NCBI GenBank assembly: GCA_002708715.1
Contig: PAPB01000035.1
Coordinates: forward strand, 22,285-86,284
Source of the DNA: Fidelibacterota bacterium
GTDB lineage: Bacteria; Fidelibacterota; Marinisomatia; Marinisomatales; UBA1611
Reading direction: 5' to 3'
Length of the DNA stretch: 64,000 nucleotides
In this document: positions 9,804-18,205 of the stretch, in pieces
Layout: each line of letters opens with the position of its first letter
Numbering within the stretch: the stretch's first letter is position 1
Made by a program: the position numbers and the translations under genes
The notes under the pieces: generated by a model
The model's input: only the letters and a program-made list of their open reading frames with translations
What the model was told of the DNA's origin: nothing
Databases searched by the model: none

Positions 9804-11196
9804 CTATTATATATTGAATTATTTTATCTTGAAGTGATCGGTAAGGATTGGAATCTCCTATATATCCATTAGTTAAAATTGAAAATGCTATCGGGCCATA
9901 TCTAGGCGAAAAAATATATCCAGATATATTTGTGACTCCTGATAGCCCTCCTGTTTTAACCCTTATCATATCTCCTGCTATTTTTAGTCTATCTTCCATA
10001 GTCCCTTTTTTCATGCCTCCAGTAGGTAAGCATGAAATAAAATCATTTTTATGCTGACTATTAAATATCCATTCTAAAAATGTACATATTTCAGATGCAC
10101 TTGTTAGGTTATATCTAGATAGGCCAGATCCATCTGCAATTTTTATAAGGGTAGTATCGATGCCAACCGAATCATTTAGAAATATTTTTATATTGTGTAA
10201 GCCATTCTTCCAATCACCTTGCTTGTGATTAGTTAAGCCAATTTTTTTCACAAATAGTTCTGCAGTAAGATTATCACTTTCATTCATCAAGTTTTGTGCA
10301 GAATGTAATAATGATCTTGATGTATGGAGTGCTATTGGAATTGATTTTTTCGTTATTGATGTTATTGCAATTTGATTTACAACCACACTATATTTATTTA
10401 AAAGTTCTTTGAAAATTGTACCTGTAAATAGTGCTGGGTTTTTAATATTTCGTTTTAGTGTATCAGAAGCTGCGCCGTTTTTAATGGAACCGCTTATAGT
10501 AAAATGGTTTTTTTGTTTTATGAAGTCACGTTCTATAAATATTTTTTCGATGTTTGGGTTTTGTTTAATTGTTAAAGAATTGTTAGATATTGAAATATAA
10601 TCTGTTTTTGGATATGTTTTGATATTTGCAGGTTCATCTATCTCTCCTGGATTTATAATAAAATCAATACAGTTATCATTTAATGATAATGCACTTATTG
10701 GAGCGGCATACCACCATGGACCCTCATCCCACATCCACCCATTACCATAATAGACTGAGTCCATAAGAGTTGCGTCTAGGAATAATGTATCGACAAAATT
10801 TATAGATTGTGCTGAGCGGATTGCCAGGGAATCAAGTTGTGCTACAGTAAGATCAGGATCTCCGCCACCTTTTAAAATGAGGTTTTTTCCATCTTGCAAG
10901 ATGCTTGTTGTGAAAATATGATCCTCTCCTAGGTAGTGTAGTGACGCGCCTAGCGTATAGAGTTTATTATTACTTGCTGGAGTAAATAGTTTTTCACTAT
11001 TTAGCTCGTATAATGTTTTACCATTTTTTAGAGAAACTATTTTGATACCTAGTGATACATCAACATTTGAATTATTTATTATTTTATTAATTGGCTTTTT
11101 TAGTGATGTCATTCCATAATTTGTGTATAGTACCTTATTAGGAATGCAAGATTGAAAAATCATAAAAAATAATAAAAAATTATAAAAGGGTTTCAT
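9796..11196 (-). CDS. dacB: D-alanyl-D-alanine carboxypeptidase/endopeptidase, PBP4 family (S13)
   Basis: It has a signal peptide, SxxK (PASNNK), DGSGLSRYN and KTGGLSGV motifs, and is 466 aa long. Confidence 0.85.
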   Translation of the reverse strand: MKPFYNFLLFFMIFQSCIPNKVLYTNYGMTSLKKPINKIINNSNVDVSLGIKIVSLKNGKTLYELNSEKLFTPASNNKLYTLGASLHYLGEDHIFTTSILQDGKNLILKGGGDPDLTVAQLDSLAIRSAQSINFVDTLFLDATLMDSVYYGNGWMWDEGPWWYAAPISALSLNDNCIDFIINPGEIDEPANIKTYPKTDYISISNNSLTIKQNPNIEKIFIERDFIKQKNHFTISGSIKNGAASDTLKRNIKNPALFTGTIFKELLNKYSVVVNQIAITSITKKSIPIALHTSRSLLHSAQNLMNESDNLTAELFVKKIGLTNHKQGDWKNGLHNIKIFLNDSVGIDTTLIKIADGSGLSRYNLTSASEICTFLEWIFNSQHKNDFISCLPTGGMKKGTMEDRLKIAGDMIRVKTGGLSGVTNISGYIFSPRYGPIAFSILTNGYIGDSNPYRSLQDKIIQYIIDD

Positions 11197-11200
11197 TTGA

Positions 11201-11854
11201 TTAATCTATTATTTTATTGAAAAAGGCATTTAGTAATGCATCGCCTAGCGGTTGTGCTTTTTTAAAGTCATTTTGATTGATACCGATTCTTTCTGCAAAT
11301 ATATTACTCGCTTCAATATGAGTTTGAAAACTCCAAATCGGAAGATGCTTATGGGATATTGCTTCAATCTCAACCATTGAACTCGATCCAGAGATAGTAA
11401 AATCGGTTGGGCATTCTACTACACCTTCTTGGTGCGAATAAATTAAATAATCTTCAAATGTGCTCTTTAGTAAATTGTTATTATTGAGTTTGACTTTTCT
11501 GATTCCTATTTTTTTCTTGGCATTCCACAATAACTTTATTTTTCCCCCAAAGATATGTGCTAGAAATTGATGGCCAAAACATATTCCAAGAATAGGAACT
11601 TTCTTTTCAATAGCTTTTGTTATAACTATTGTAACATTTTTCATCCAATCAAAATTGTCATGTACTGATGCAGCGCTTCCCATTAAAATTACACCAGACA
11701 CATTTTTTATTTGATTTTCCATAGATTTTGAGTTGTGAATTGCAGGAAGATGGTAGCTTGTCTGAATAGGGCTTTTTGAGGCTAATTTATTGTAAGACTC
11801 TAATTCTGGAATTTCTAAAGATGGATCAATAATCATTAAATTTTTTGTATACAT
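11201..11854 (-). CDS. Class-I glutamine amidotransferase-like protein (GATase1 / C26-type fold)
   Basis: It has the nucleophile elbow GICFGHQ and a His-x-Glu (QTHIE) near the C-terminus. No synthase partner domain is present. Any role in gamma-glutamyl bond hydrolysis is only a guess from context. Confidence 0.65.
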   Translation of the reverse strand: MYTKNLMIIDPSLEIPELESYNKLASKSPIQTSYHLPAIHNSKSMENQIKNVSGVILMGSAASVHDNFDWMKNVTIVITKAIEKKVPILGICFGHQFLAHIFGGKIKLLWNAKKKIGIRKVKLNNNNLLKSTFEDYLIYSHQEGVVECPTDFTISGSSSMVEIEAISHKHLPIWSFQTHIEASNIFAERIGINQNDFKKAQPLGDALLNAFFNKIID

Positions 11855-11996
11855 TTATTTTTCTAAACTATTTATAATTGACTTAATTAAACATCCCATC
11901 ATTCTATTGAAAAATATTATTTATTTACGATTAATGATATCTAATAATAATCCATAATTACTTATAAATTAGTGTCTTATATTTATTTAAAAATTA

Positions 11997-12827
11997 GTGT
12001 ATATAAAAATATTTTTCTTATTTCTGACTCTTGTTATTGGTTGTTCAAAAACAGATCCTTTTGAATGGATTGAAACTTTGCCTAATCCGTGGGATTTAAC
12101 TGAGAACCAGTTAAATATTTATTTGCCTCAGTTTCATGATCGATTTCCTGATTATAAAAATAGATTAATTGCTTTGAATTTATGGCGTGTCGGGACTCCA
12201 TACGGAATTTTTTGCCTTGGTGAAGAGCGAGGTGTCGACCCTGATCCAATCATTAGGATTGATACTTCTGATTGTACTGTACACGTATTGACTACTATTG
12301 CCTATGCGGAAAGCCAATCTTTTAAGGATGCGAAAGATGCGATGATTCAATTGCATTATAAACCAAATCGTTATGGACAAATAGATCCTAGCTTTCAATC
12401 AAGATGGCATTACACTTCAGATAGATTATTAAATAATCCAAAAACTCCAGACATCACTTCAAAAGTTGTATCATCAGATATCCTTGAAACTATTGAAATT
12501 GAAATAAATAGGAAGCAGAATGGAGAGCAATTTTTAGATTTAGATTGGACTTCAAAAGAATCAATAAGTTTTATCCCAATTATAAAAATAGATGAAGATA
12601 TTTTAAAAAAACTTCCTAAAATTTGTGGCGTAGCTTTTGTTAAAAAAAGTTATTTTAGAAATGGGATTGTTATAGCTCATGAAGGTTATCTTATAAATAA
12701 AAAGAATTTAATACACGCATCTTCAAATGAAAAAATGACAGTAAATATAGATTTTTTATCATATTTATTTGGAAATGGTGGCCCTGGATTTGATGGAGTT
12801 ATGTTTTATGATTTTAAAGAAGGATAG
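11997..12827 (+). CDS. Lipoprotein, DUF1460 / N-acetylmuramoyl-L-alanine amidase-like (tentative)
   Basis: It has a GTG start and a lipobox (LVIGC). The DTSDCTVHV Cys-containing block and a C-terminal HASS... block are reminiscent of DUF1460. The call is made from memory only. Confidence 0.45.
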   Translation: MYIKIFFLFLTLVIGCSKTDPFEWIETLPNPWDLTENQLNIYLPQFHDRFPDYKNRLIALNLWRVGTPYGIFCLGEERGVDPDPIIRIDTSDCTVHVLTTIAYAESQSFKDAKDAMIQLHYKPNRYGQIDPSFQSRWHYTSDRLLNNPKTPDITSKVVSSDILETIEIEINRKQNGEQFLDLDWTSKESISFIPIIKIDEDILKKLPKICGVAFVKKSYFRNGIVIAHEGYLINKKNLIHASSNEKMTVNIDFLSYLFGNGGPGFDGVMFYDFKEG

Positions 12828-12839
12828 TAGATAATTAGT

Positions 12840-15167
12840 TTGAAATTATCAAGTATAGAAAATAGCGTTATTGAAAAAAATGTATTCGATAAGCAGAATA
12901 CAAAGATTCCTTATATCACGGTAGATAGTTTTCCTGATTTAGGTCTAATTACTGCCTTAAGATTTCTGGAATGGACTTTTGATAATCCAGAAGGAGTTAT
13001 CAGTCTGCCTACTGGTAAAACTCCTGAATATTTTATTAAATGGACAAATTATTTTATAAAAAATTGGGACACTGACAGTGTAAAGTCTATCAGAGGAAAA
13101 TATGGGCTGATATCTAAAACTCGACCTGATTTATCAAAATTACAATTTATTCAAATTGATGAGTTCTATCCTTTAAACCCTAACCAACATAATAGTTTTT
13201 ACAATTATGTAATTAAATATTATTTAGAAGGTTTTGGGATAGAAAAAAATAGATCCTATTTAATAAGTTCTAATGAAATTCCTTTAGCAAACGGTATGCA
13301 TTGGGAAGAAGTATTCTCTAATGGTATGGTTGATTTGAGTCTGAGACATAGAGAGGCAGCTACTGAAATAGAAAAGTATCAACAAGAGTCTCTGTTCCTT
13401 ATTGATCAGTGGTGTAATGTATATGAAGAGAAAATACGTGAGTTAGGTGGAATTGGATTTTTTCTTGGTGGTATTGGTCCTGATGGGCATATCGCTTTTA
13501 ACGTAAGAGGATCTGATCATAATTCTACTACAAGATTAATGGAAACAAATTTTGAAACTCAGGCTACTGCCGCTATTGATCTTGGAGGTATTGAAATTAG
13601 CAGGAATAGATTAGTCATTACCATTGGGCTTGGGACCATTACATATAATAAAGAAGCAACTGCTATCATAATTGCAGCTGGAGAAGCAAAAGCATCGATT
13701 ATTCAAAAATCACTTGAGTCAGATCAGGATATAATGTATCCTGCTTCTGTATTACAAAAACTAGAGCACTCTAGATTCTATATAACCTCTGGTGCTTCAA
13801 AATATTTGACAGATACTGATACTAAATTTTGGATGGAATCACCTTGGAATATTCAAAAAAAGCAAAGAGCACTTCTTAAGCTATCTAAAGAAAAAAATAT
13901 ATTTGGTAAAAAATTAACTGTTGAGGATTTTAAAAAAGAAAAAAAATTTAAAGGTATTAAAAATCTGAATGAAAATACTATTCCAGAGATAATTAAAAGT
14001 ATCGATGCAAAAGTCCAACGTGGTATAAAAAGTGAAAAAAATCAAATATATTACCATACTGGGCCACACCATGATGATATTATGTTAGGTATGATGCCAC
14101 ATATTATTCATTTAGTTAGAGAACCTAGTAATAGGCATATATTTGCAAATATGACATCTGGTTTTACTTCTGTGACTAATGATTTTTTAATTAAAGCACT
14201 TAAAAAGACACTATTTTTTCTTGAGAATGAAAGAATAGGAATGGTTACCTATCCAGACTTTTTTTCTAAAGGCTATAAATTTAAGTGGGACAAAGATGTA
14301 TACCATTATCTTGATAGAATAGCGGATAACGATATTAATGGACAGCAAAGAGGATTATCTCATAGAATCGTTCGATCAATTGTTGAAATATTCTCCATTA
14401 AAAATAAAAAACAATTATCTCATCAGTTAAAAACCATTATTAATGAATTAGGTAGGTGCTATGAAGGAGAAAAAAACTCTTTTGATATTCAAAAATTAAA
14501 AGGTATGATTCGTGAATTTGAAGAAGAATTGGTATGGGCAAACTATGGAGTCCGTGTCCGAGATGTTCACCATTTACGTCTTGGGTTTTATAAGGGTGAT
14601 ATGTTTACAGAGCAACCACAGAAAAAAAGAGATGTGAATCCAATATTAAATCAATTACAGGAATTTGAGCCTACAGTAATCTCTTTAGCACTTGATCCTG
14701 AGGGTAGTGGGCCTGATACTCATTATAAAGTACTCCAGTCTATAGCGGAGGCAATTAGACTTTGGGGAAAAACTTCTGATCTTTCAAAGTTGCGTATCTG
14801 GGGATATAGAAATGTTTGGTATCGTTTTGATTTAGAAGAAGCAGATCTCATTGTGCCTGTAACACTTAACTCTATGGCTATTATGCATTCAACGTTTATG
14901 AATTGTTACTTAAGTCAGAAAGATGCATCTTTTCCAAGCTATGAATATGATGGCCCTTTTTCAAAATTGTCCCAAAAAATATGGGTGGAACAACATCGTG
15001 ATTTACAATTGATCTTAGGCAGAGATTATTGGTATCGTAATCCTAATCCACATTTACGTGCTGTACATGGAGCGGTTTATTTAAAAGAGATGAATGTCGA
15101 AAAATTTTTAAGCTTATCAAGGCGACTTGAAGAATCTATAGAGAATTCAGCTATTTTTAACGATTAG
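12840..15167 (+). CDS. Glucosamine-6-phosphate deaminase (NagB) fused to a PIG-L/LmbE-type deacetylase domain
   Basis: The N-terminal half has the NagB blocks LPTGKTP, QIDEF and GGIGPDGHIAFN. The C-terminal half begins with HTGPHHDDIMLG (PIG-L/LmbE metal motif). TTG start. Confidence 0.8.
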   Translation: MKLSSIENSVIEKNVFDKQNTKIPYITVDSFPDLGLITALRFLEWTFDNPEGVISLPTGKTPEYFIKWTNYFIKNWDTDSVKSIRGKYGLISKTRPDLSKLQFIQIDEFYPLNPNQHNSFYNYVIKYYLEGFGIEKNRSYLISSNEIPLANGMHWEEVFSNGMVDLSLRHREAATEIEKYQQESLFLIDQWCNVYEEKIRELGGIGFFLGGIGPDGHIAFNVRGSDHNSTTRLMETNFETQATAAIDLGGIEISRNRLVITIGLGTITYNKEATAIIIAAGEAKASIIQKSLESDQDIMYPASVLQKLEHSRFYITSGASKYLTDTDTKFWMESPWNIQKKQRALLKLSKEKNIFGKKLTVEDFKKEKKFKGIKNLNENTIPEIIKSIDAKVQRGIKSEKNQIYYHTGPHHDDIMLGMMPHIIHLVREPSNRHIFANMTSGFTSVTNDFLIKALKKTLFFLENERIGMVTYPDFFSKGYKFKWDKDVYHYLDRIADNDINGQQRGLSHRIVRSIVEIFSIKNKKQLSHQLKTIINELGRCYEGEKNSFDIQKLKGMIREFEEELVWANYGVRVRDVHHLRLGFYKGDMFTEQPQKKRDVNPILNQLQEFEPTVISLALDPEGSGPDTHYKVLQSIAEAIRLWGKTSDLSKLRIWGYRNVWYRFDLEEADLIVPVTLNSMAIMHSTFMNCYLSQKDASFPSYEYDGPFSKLSQKIWVEQHRDLQLILGRDYWYRNPNPHLRAVHGAVYLKEMNVEKFLSLSRRLEESIENSAIFND

Positions 15168-15594
15168 CTGCATTTTCTTTTAATTGTTCTCTTTTTTCTT
15201 GTGCTGCTTGTGCTTTTTTAGCTAAGTGAAACATATAAAAAACTGATTTTCTAATCTCATGCTCATCGCATAAATTGCAGAAACCTTTTGCAGGCATTAC
15301 ACCATTTTCACCTTTATAGCCTTCCCATACACTTTTAAAAAGAGCATCTATCCCTTTTTGAGCTGCTTTATCCCAATATTCTTTATTTTCAGAAACTATT
15401 GCACCATTTGTACCATATCTATGACAGCGGAAACATGAGGTTGCCCAAATAGATTCACCAATAATTATGTCTTTTTTTGATAAAGACTTATATTCCTCGG
15501 ATTCATAGATATTAGTTGGTGTAGATTTTTTACTACATCCATTTATACATAGGATGATAATTAAGCTTATGAATGTATAATAAATATTTCTCAT
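15157..15594 (-). CDS. Mono-haem c-type cytochrome (c5-like), lipoprotein
   Basis: It has a lipobox (INGC), a single CxxCH (CFRCH), the distal Met motif GVMPAKG and a CxxC pair (CNLC) as in cytochrome c5. Confidence 0.75.
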   Translation of the reverse strand: MRNIYYTFISLIIILCINGCSKKSTPTNIYESEEYKSLSKKDIIIGESIWATSCFRCHRYGTNGAIVSENKEYWDKAAQKGIDALFKSVWEGYKGENGVMPAKGFCNLCDEHEIRKSVFYMFHLAKKAQAAQEKREQLKENAANR

Positions 15595-15600
15595 AGAATA

Positions 15601-16581
15601 TTATTGTATTCCTGTTTTAAGGATATCATGGATATGTACAACCCCATCTGGTTTTTTTAGTTTTGTATTAGAGAATACAAATAAGCTAGTTATAGAATGT
15701 TTTTCCATGAGCTCAAGAGCTGATATTGCCAAGGTATCTGCAGTCACCCATTTTGGTTCTGGAGACATCAAACAATCTGCAGTTTGATCAAAAATTGTGT
15801 TTCCTTTATCTTCTAATCCTCTTCGAATATCACCATCGGTAATAATGCCTTTCATTTCATTGTTTTTATTTAAAACAGCAGTCATCCCAAATCCTTTTTC
15901 GGAGATAGTTAATAAAGCATCTTTAACTTTTGTATCAGTATAAACAAAAGGAATTCGATCATCTCTATGTGCAATTTGATCTAAAGTTAATAATAAACGT
16001 TTTCCAAGCATCCCTCCAGGGTGAAGTTTGGCAAAATCTTTTTTGTTAAATCCACGAAGTTCCAGAAGTGATACTGCTAAAGCATCTCCCATAGCTAAAG
16101 TAGCAGTGGTGCTAGCGGTTGGCGCAAGGTCTAATGTGCATGCTTCTTTATCTACTGATGTATCAAGAAAAAAATCAGATTTAAAAGCTAAAGTAGATTG
16201 CTTTCTACCAATGAGTCCAATGATGGTGATGTTTTTATTTTTTAAAGAAGGAAGAATATGTATTAATTCCATGGTCTCGCCACTGTTACTAATAATAAGG
16301 ACAATATCTTTTGCAGTAATCATCCCCAGATCACCATGAATTGCTTCTCCAGGATGAACAAATTGCGATGGTGTGCCAGTTGAGGCCATTGTAGATGCGA
16401 TTTTTTGAGATATTAGGCCTGATTTACCCATGCCTGAAACAATCAAACGCCCATTACATTCGAAGATAGCTTTTACAGCTAATGCAAAGTTTTCATTAAT
16501 ACGATTTTGAATTTGAGATACTGCTTTGGCTTCAATTTTAATAGTTTCTTTAGCAATACCTATTATATCAATATTTTTCAT
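15601..16581 (-). CDS. kdsD: Arabinose-5-phosphate isomerase (KdsD/KpsF: SIS domain plus tandem CBS)
   Basis: The SIS blocks GMGKSG and SNSGET are followed by a C-terminal CBS pair. The length is 326 aa. Confidence 0.9.
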   Translation of the reverse strand: MKNIDIIGIAKETIKIEAKAVSQIQNRINENFALAVKAIFECNGRLIVSGMGKSGLISQKIASTMASTGTPSQFVHPGEAIHGDLGMITAKDIVLIISNSGETMELIHILPSLKNKNITIIGLIGRKQSTLAFKSDFFLDTSVDKEACTLDLAPTASTTATLAMGDALAVSLLELRGFNKKDFAKLHPGGMLGKRLLLTLDQIAHRDDRIPFVYTDTKVKDALLTISEKGFGMTAVLNKNNEMKGIITDGDIRRGLEDKGNTIFDQTADCLMSPEPKWVTADTLAISALELMEKHSITSLFVFSNTKLKKPDGVVHIHDILKTGIQ

Positions 16582-16593
16582 TATATAAAATTT

Positions 16594-16608
16594 AATACTA
16601 TTAGTATT
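16594..16608. promoter_or_regulatory. Perfect 7-1-7 inverted repeat AATACTA-T-TAGTATT in the kdsD/bcp divergent intergenic region (candidate operator)
   Basis: Read directly from the sequence. It is followed by the direct repeat GTATTTAG-TG-GTATTTAG (16603-16620). It lies 40-54 nt upstream of the peroxiredoxin ATG. Confidence 0.35.
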
Positions 16609-16647
16609 TAGTGGTATTTAGATTTTGACCTGATATTCAATTAAAAA

Positions 16648-17136
16648 ATGAAAGCAATCCTATTTTTTTTTATGTTTAAAATTTCTTTATTTAGTTCATC
16701 ATTAAAACTAGGTGATAGTGTACCTAATTTTAATTTAAAGGATCAAAATGGTAGGCAGCATCAATTGATCGATTATAAAGGAGAAAAACTTGTTATCTAT
16801 TTTTTCCCTAAGGCGTTTACCCCAGGATGAACAAAGCAAGCGTGCGGGCTACGCGATAATTATGAAAGTTTTAGAAAAAATAATATTTCTATTTTAGGTG
16901 TTAGTTATGATACAGAGGATAAATTAAAGTTATTTAAGGAAAAATATAATTTGGATTTCAATTTATTATCAGATTCAGAAAAAATAATGGGGAAATTGTA
17001 TGATGTGAATAGTTATCATTTTTTTCCACAGCGTAAAACTTTTCTCATTAATGAAAATGGAGTGTTAGTACATATAATTAATTCAGTAAATATAGATAAT
17101 CATGCTGATGATATCTTAAAAATTTTTAAAAAATGA
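16648..17136 (+). CDS. bcp: Bcp/PrxQ-type peroxiredoxin with selenocysteine (TGA 16828-16830) at the peroxidatic position; N-terminal signal-like extension
   Basis: The two ORF-track fragments (16648..16830 and 16951..17136) are in the same frame. Reading through the TGA gives YFFPKAFTPG-U-TKQACGLRDNY...GVSYD...LLSD...RKTFLI. This is collinear with the Bcp motif FTPGCTxxAC, with the resolving Cys 5 residues later. Confidence 0.8.
16840..16854 (+). promoter_or_regulatory. Candidate bacterial SECIS hairpin for the Sec-peroxiredoxin
   Basis: GCGU-GCGGGCU-ACGC is a 4-bp GC stem with a G-rich loop, starting 10 nt after the UGA, in a locally GC-rich patch. The stem is short, so the call is tentative. 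Confidence 0.4.
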
Positions 17137-17149
17137 TAAGGAGTTTAGG

Positions 17150-17374
17150 ATGAAACTATCTATTGAATATTGTTCAGTTTGAAATTATTTACCTAAAGCT
17201 TCTAGTTTAGAAGCTGAATTAAAACAAAGTTTTTCTAATATTGATATTTCTCTTATCTCATCAGGGGGTGGAGTATTTGAGATTACTTTGGACAAAAAAT
17301 TGATTTTTTCAAAAAAATCTTTAGGACGTTTTCCCAATGATGGTGAAGTCGTGAGTTTAATCAATGAACGCTAG
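17150..17374 (+). CDS. SelW/SelT/Rdx-family small redox protein with a CxxU motif (Sec at TGA 17180-17182)
   Basis: The ORF track does not call it. AAGGAG (17138-17143) precedes the ATG at 17150. The translation is MKLSIEYCSV-U-NYLPKASSLEAELKQ...GGGVFEI...FSKK..GRFP, 74 codons ending at TAG 17372-17374. This matches the Rdx-fold pattern IEYCxxC/U. Confidence 0.75.
17197..17215 (+). promoter_or_regulatory. Candidate bacterial SECIS hairpin for the SelW-like gene
   Basis: A perfect 8-bp stem AGCUUCUA/UAGAAGCU with loop GUU, starting 15 nt after the UGA. Confidence 0.55.
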
Positions 17375-17387
17375 GATAAGATAGGTT

Positions 17388-18137
17388 TTGAAAATTATAT
17401 ATGAAGAAAAACAGTATTTAATTAGTAGTGAAAATGCATTTGATTTATCTATTAAAAACACCTTCTCGGGCGATGCTCCAACTTTTTATAACTCTTCTCA
17501 ACCAAGTTGTAAACCTTTAGCATCAGAAGATTTTATTGGTGATATACAACAAGGTGGGAGTTGTAATGTCCCTATTGTTTCAATTAATATTCATTGTACT
17601 GGAACTCATACAGAGTGTGAGGGGCATGTGAATGATTCCAATATTACAATAGCTGATGTGTGCCCTATAGATTTCATTCCAGCTTCTTTGATAACAATTT
17701 CACCAGAGCAAGCGAACAGAACGGAGGAATCATATCATGTTGCATTAGCAGAGGATATGGTTATAACTAAAAATGCTATTAAGGAGAAAATGTTGACAGC
17801 GCATAGTGGACTTATTATCCGCACAACACCGAATAGTCATTCTAAAAAATCAAGAAACTATGATTATGAAGCAGCACCTTTCCTTACTAATGATGCTATC
17901 GATTATATTATAGCCGCGGGAGTGGAGCATTTACTTGTCGATTTGCCTTCGATTGATAAATCTGAAGATGATGGACAATTAGGCAATCATAAAAGGTTTT
18001 TTAAGAGTGGTAAAACAGTCTCGGAATTACTTTTTATAGAAAATGATATAAATGATGGGTTTGGTTTTTTACATATTCAGGTTCCAAACTGGGCACTAGA
18101 TTCAGCACCTAGCAGACCAATTTTTTATCCGACGTAA
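17388..18137 (+). CDS. Cyclase-family protein (arylformamidase / kynurenine formamidase-like fold)
   Basis: HCTGTHTECEGH resembles the HxGTHxDxPxH metal motif. A later block, GVEHLLVDLPSIDK...GNH, resembles the second conserved block. TTG start. Confidence 0.5.
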   Translation: MKIIYEEKQYLISSENAFDLSIKNTFSGDAPTFYNSSQPSCKPLASEDFIGDIQQGGSCNVPIVSINIHCTGTHTECEGHVNDSNITIADVCPIDFIPASLITISPEQANRTEESYHVALAEDMVITKNAIKEKMLTAHSGLIIRTTPNSHSKKSRNYDYEAAPFLTNDAIDYIIAAGVEHLLVDLPSIDKSEDDGQLGNHKRFFKSGKTVSELLFIENDINDGFGFLHIQVPNWALDSAPSRPIFYPT

Positions 18138-18205
18138 ATTTCATTTTTATAATGTAGGGAAAAATTTGTAAACTTTAAAAAGCAATTGACTGGAAAAGGA
18201 TCAAA

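Noticed and set aside
16828-16830. An alternative genetic code (TGA read as Trp or Gly, tables 4 or 25) as the explanation for the in-frame TGAs.
   Set aside because: Many well-supported genes in the window terminate at TGA at the expected protein ends, including several ATGA stop/start overlaps (for example the GH13 gene, the module-A giant gene and imuB). Two of the in-frame TGAs align precisely with catalytic Cys positions (FTPG-C-T of Bcp, CxxC of the Rdx fold). Site-specific Sec recoding fits better than a global reassignment.
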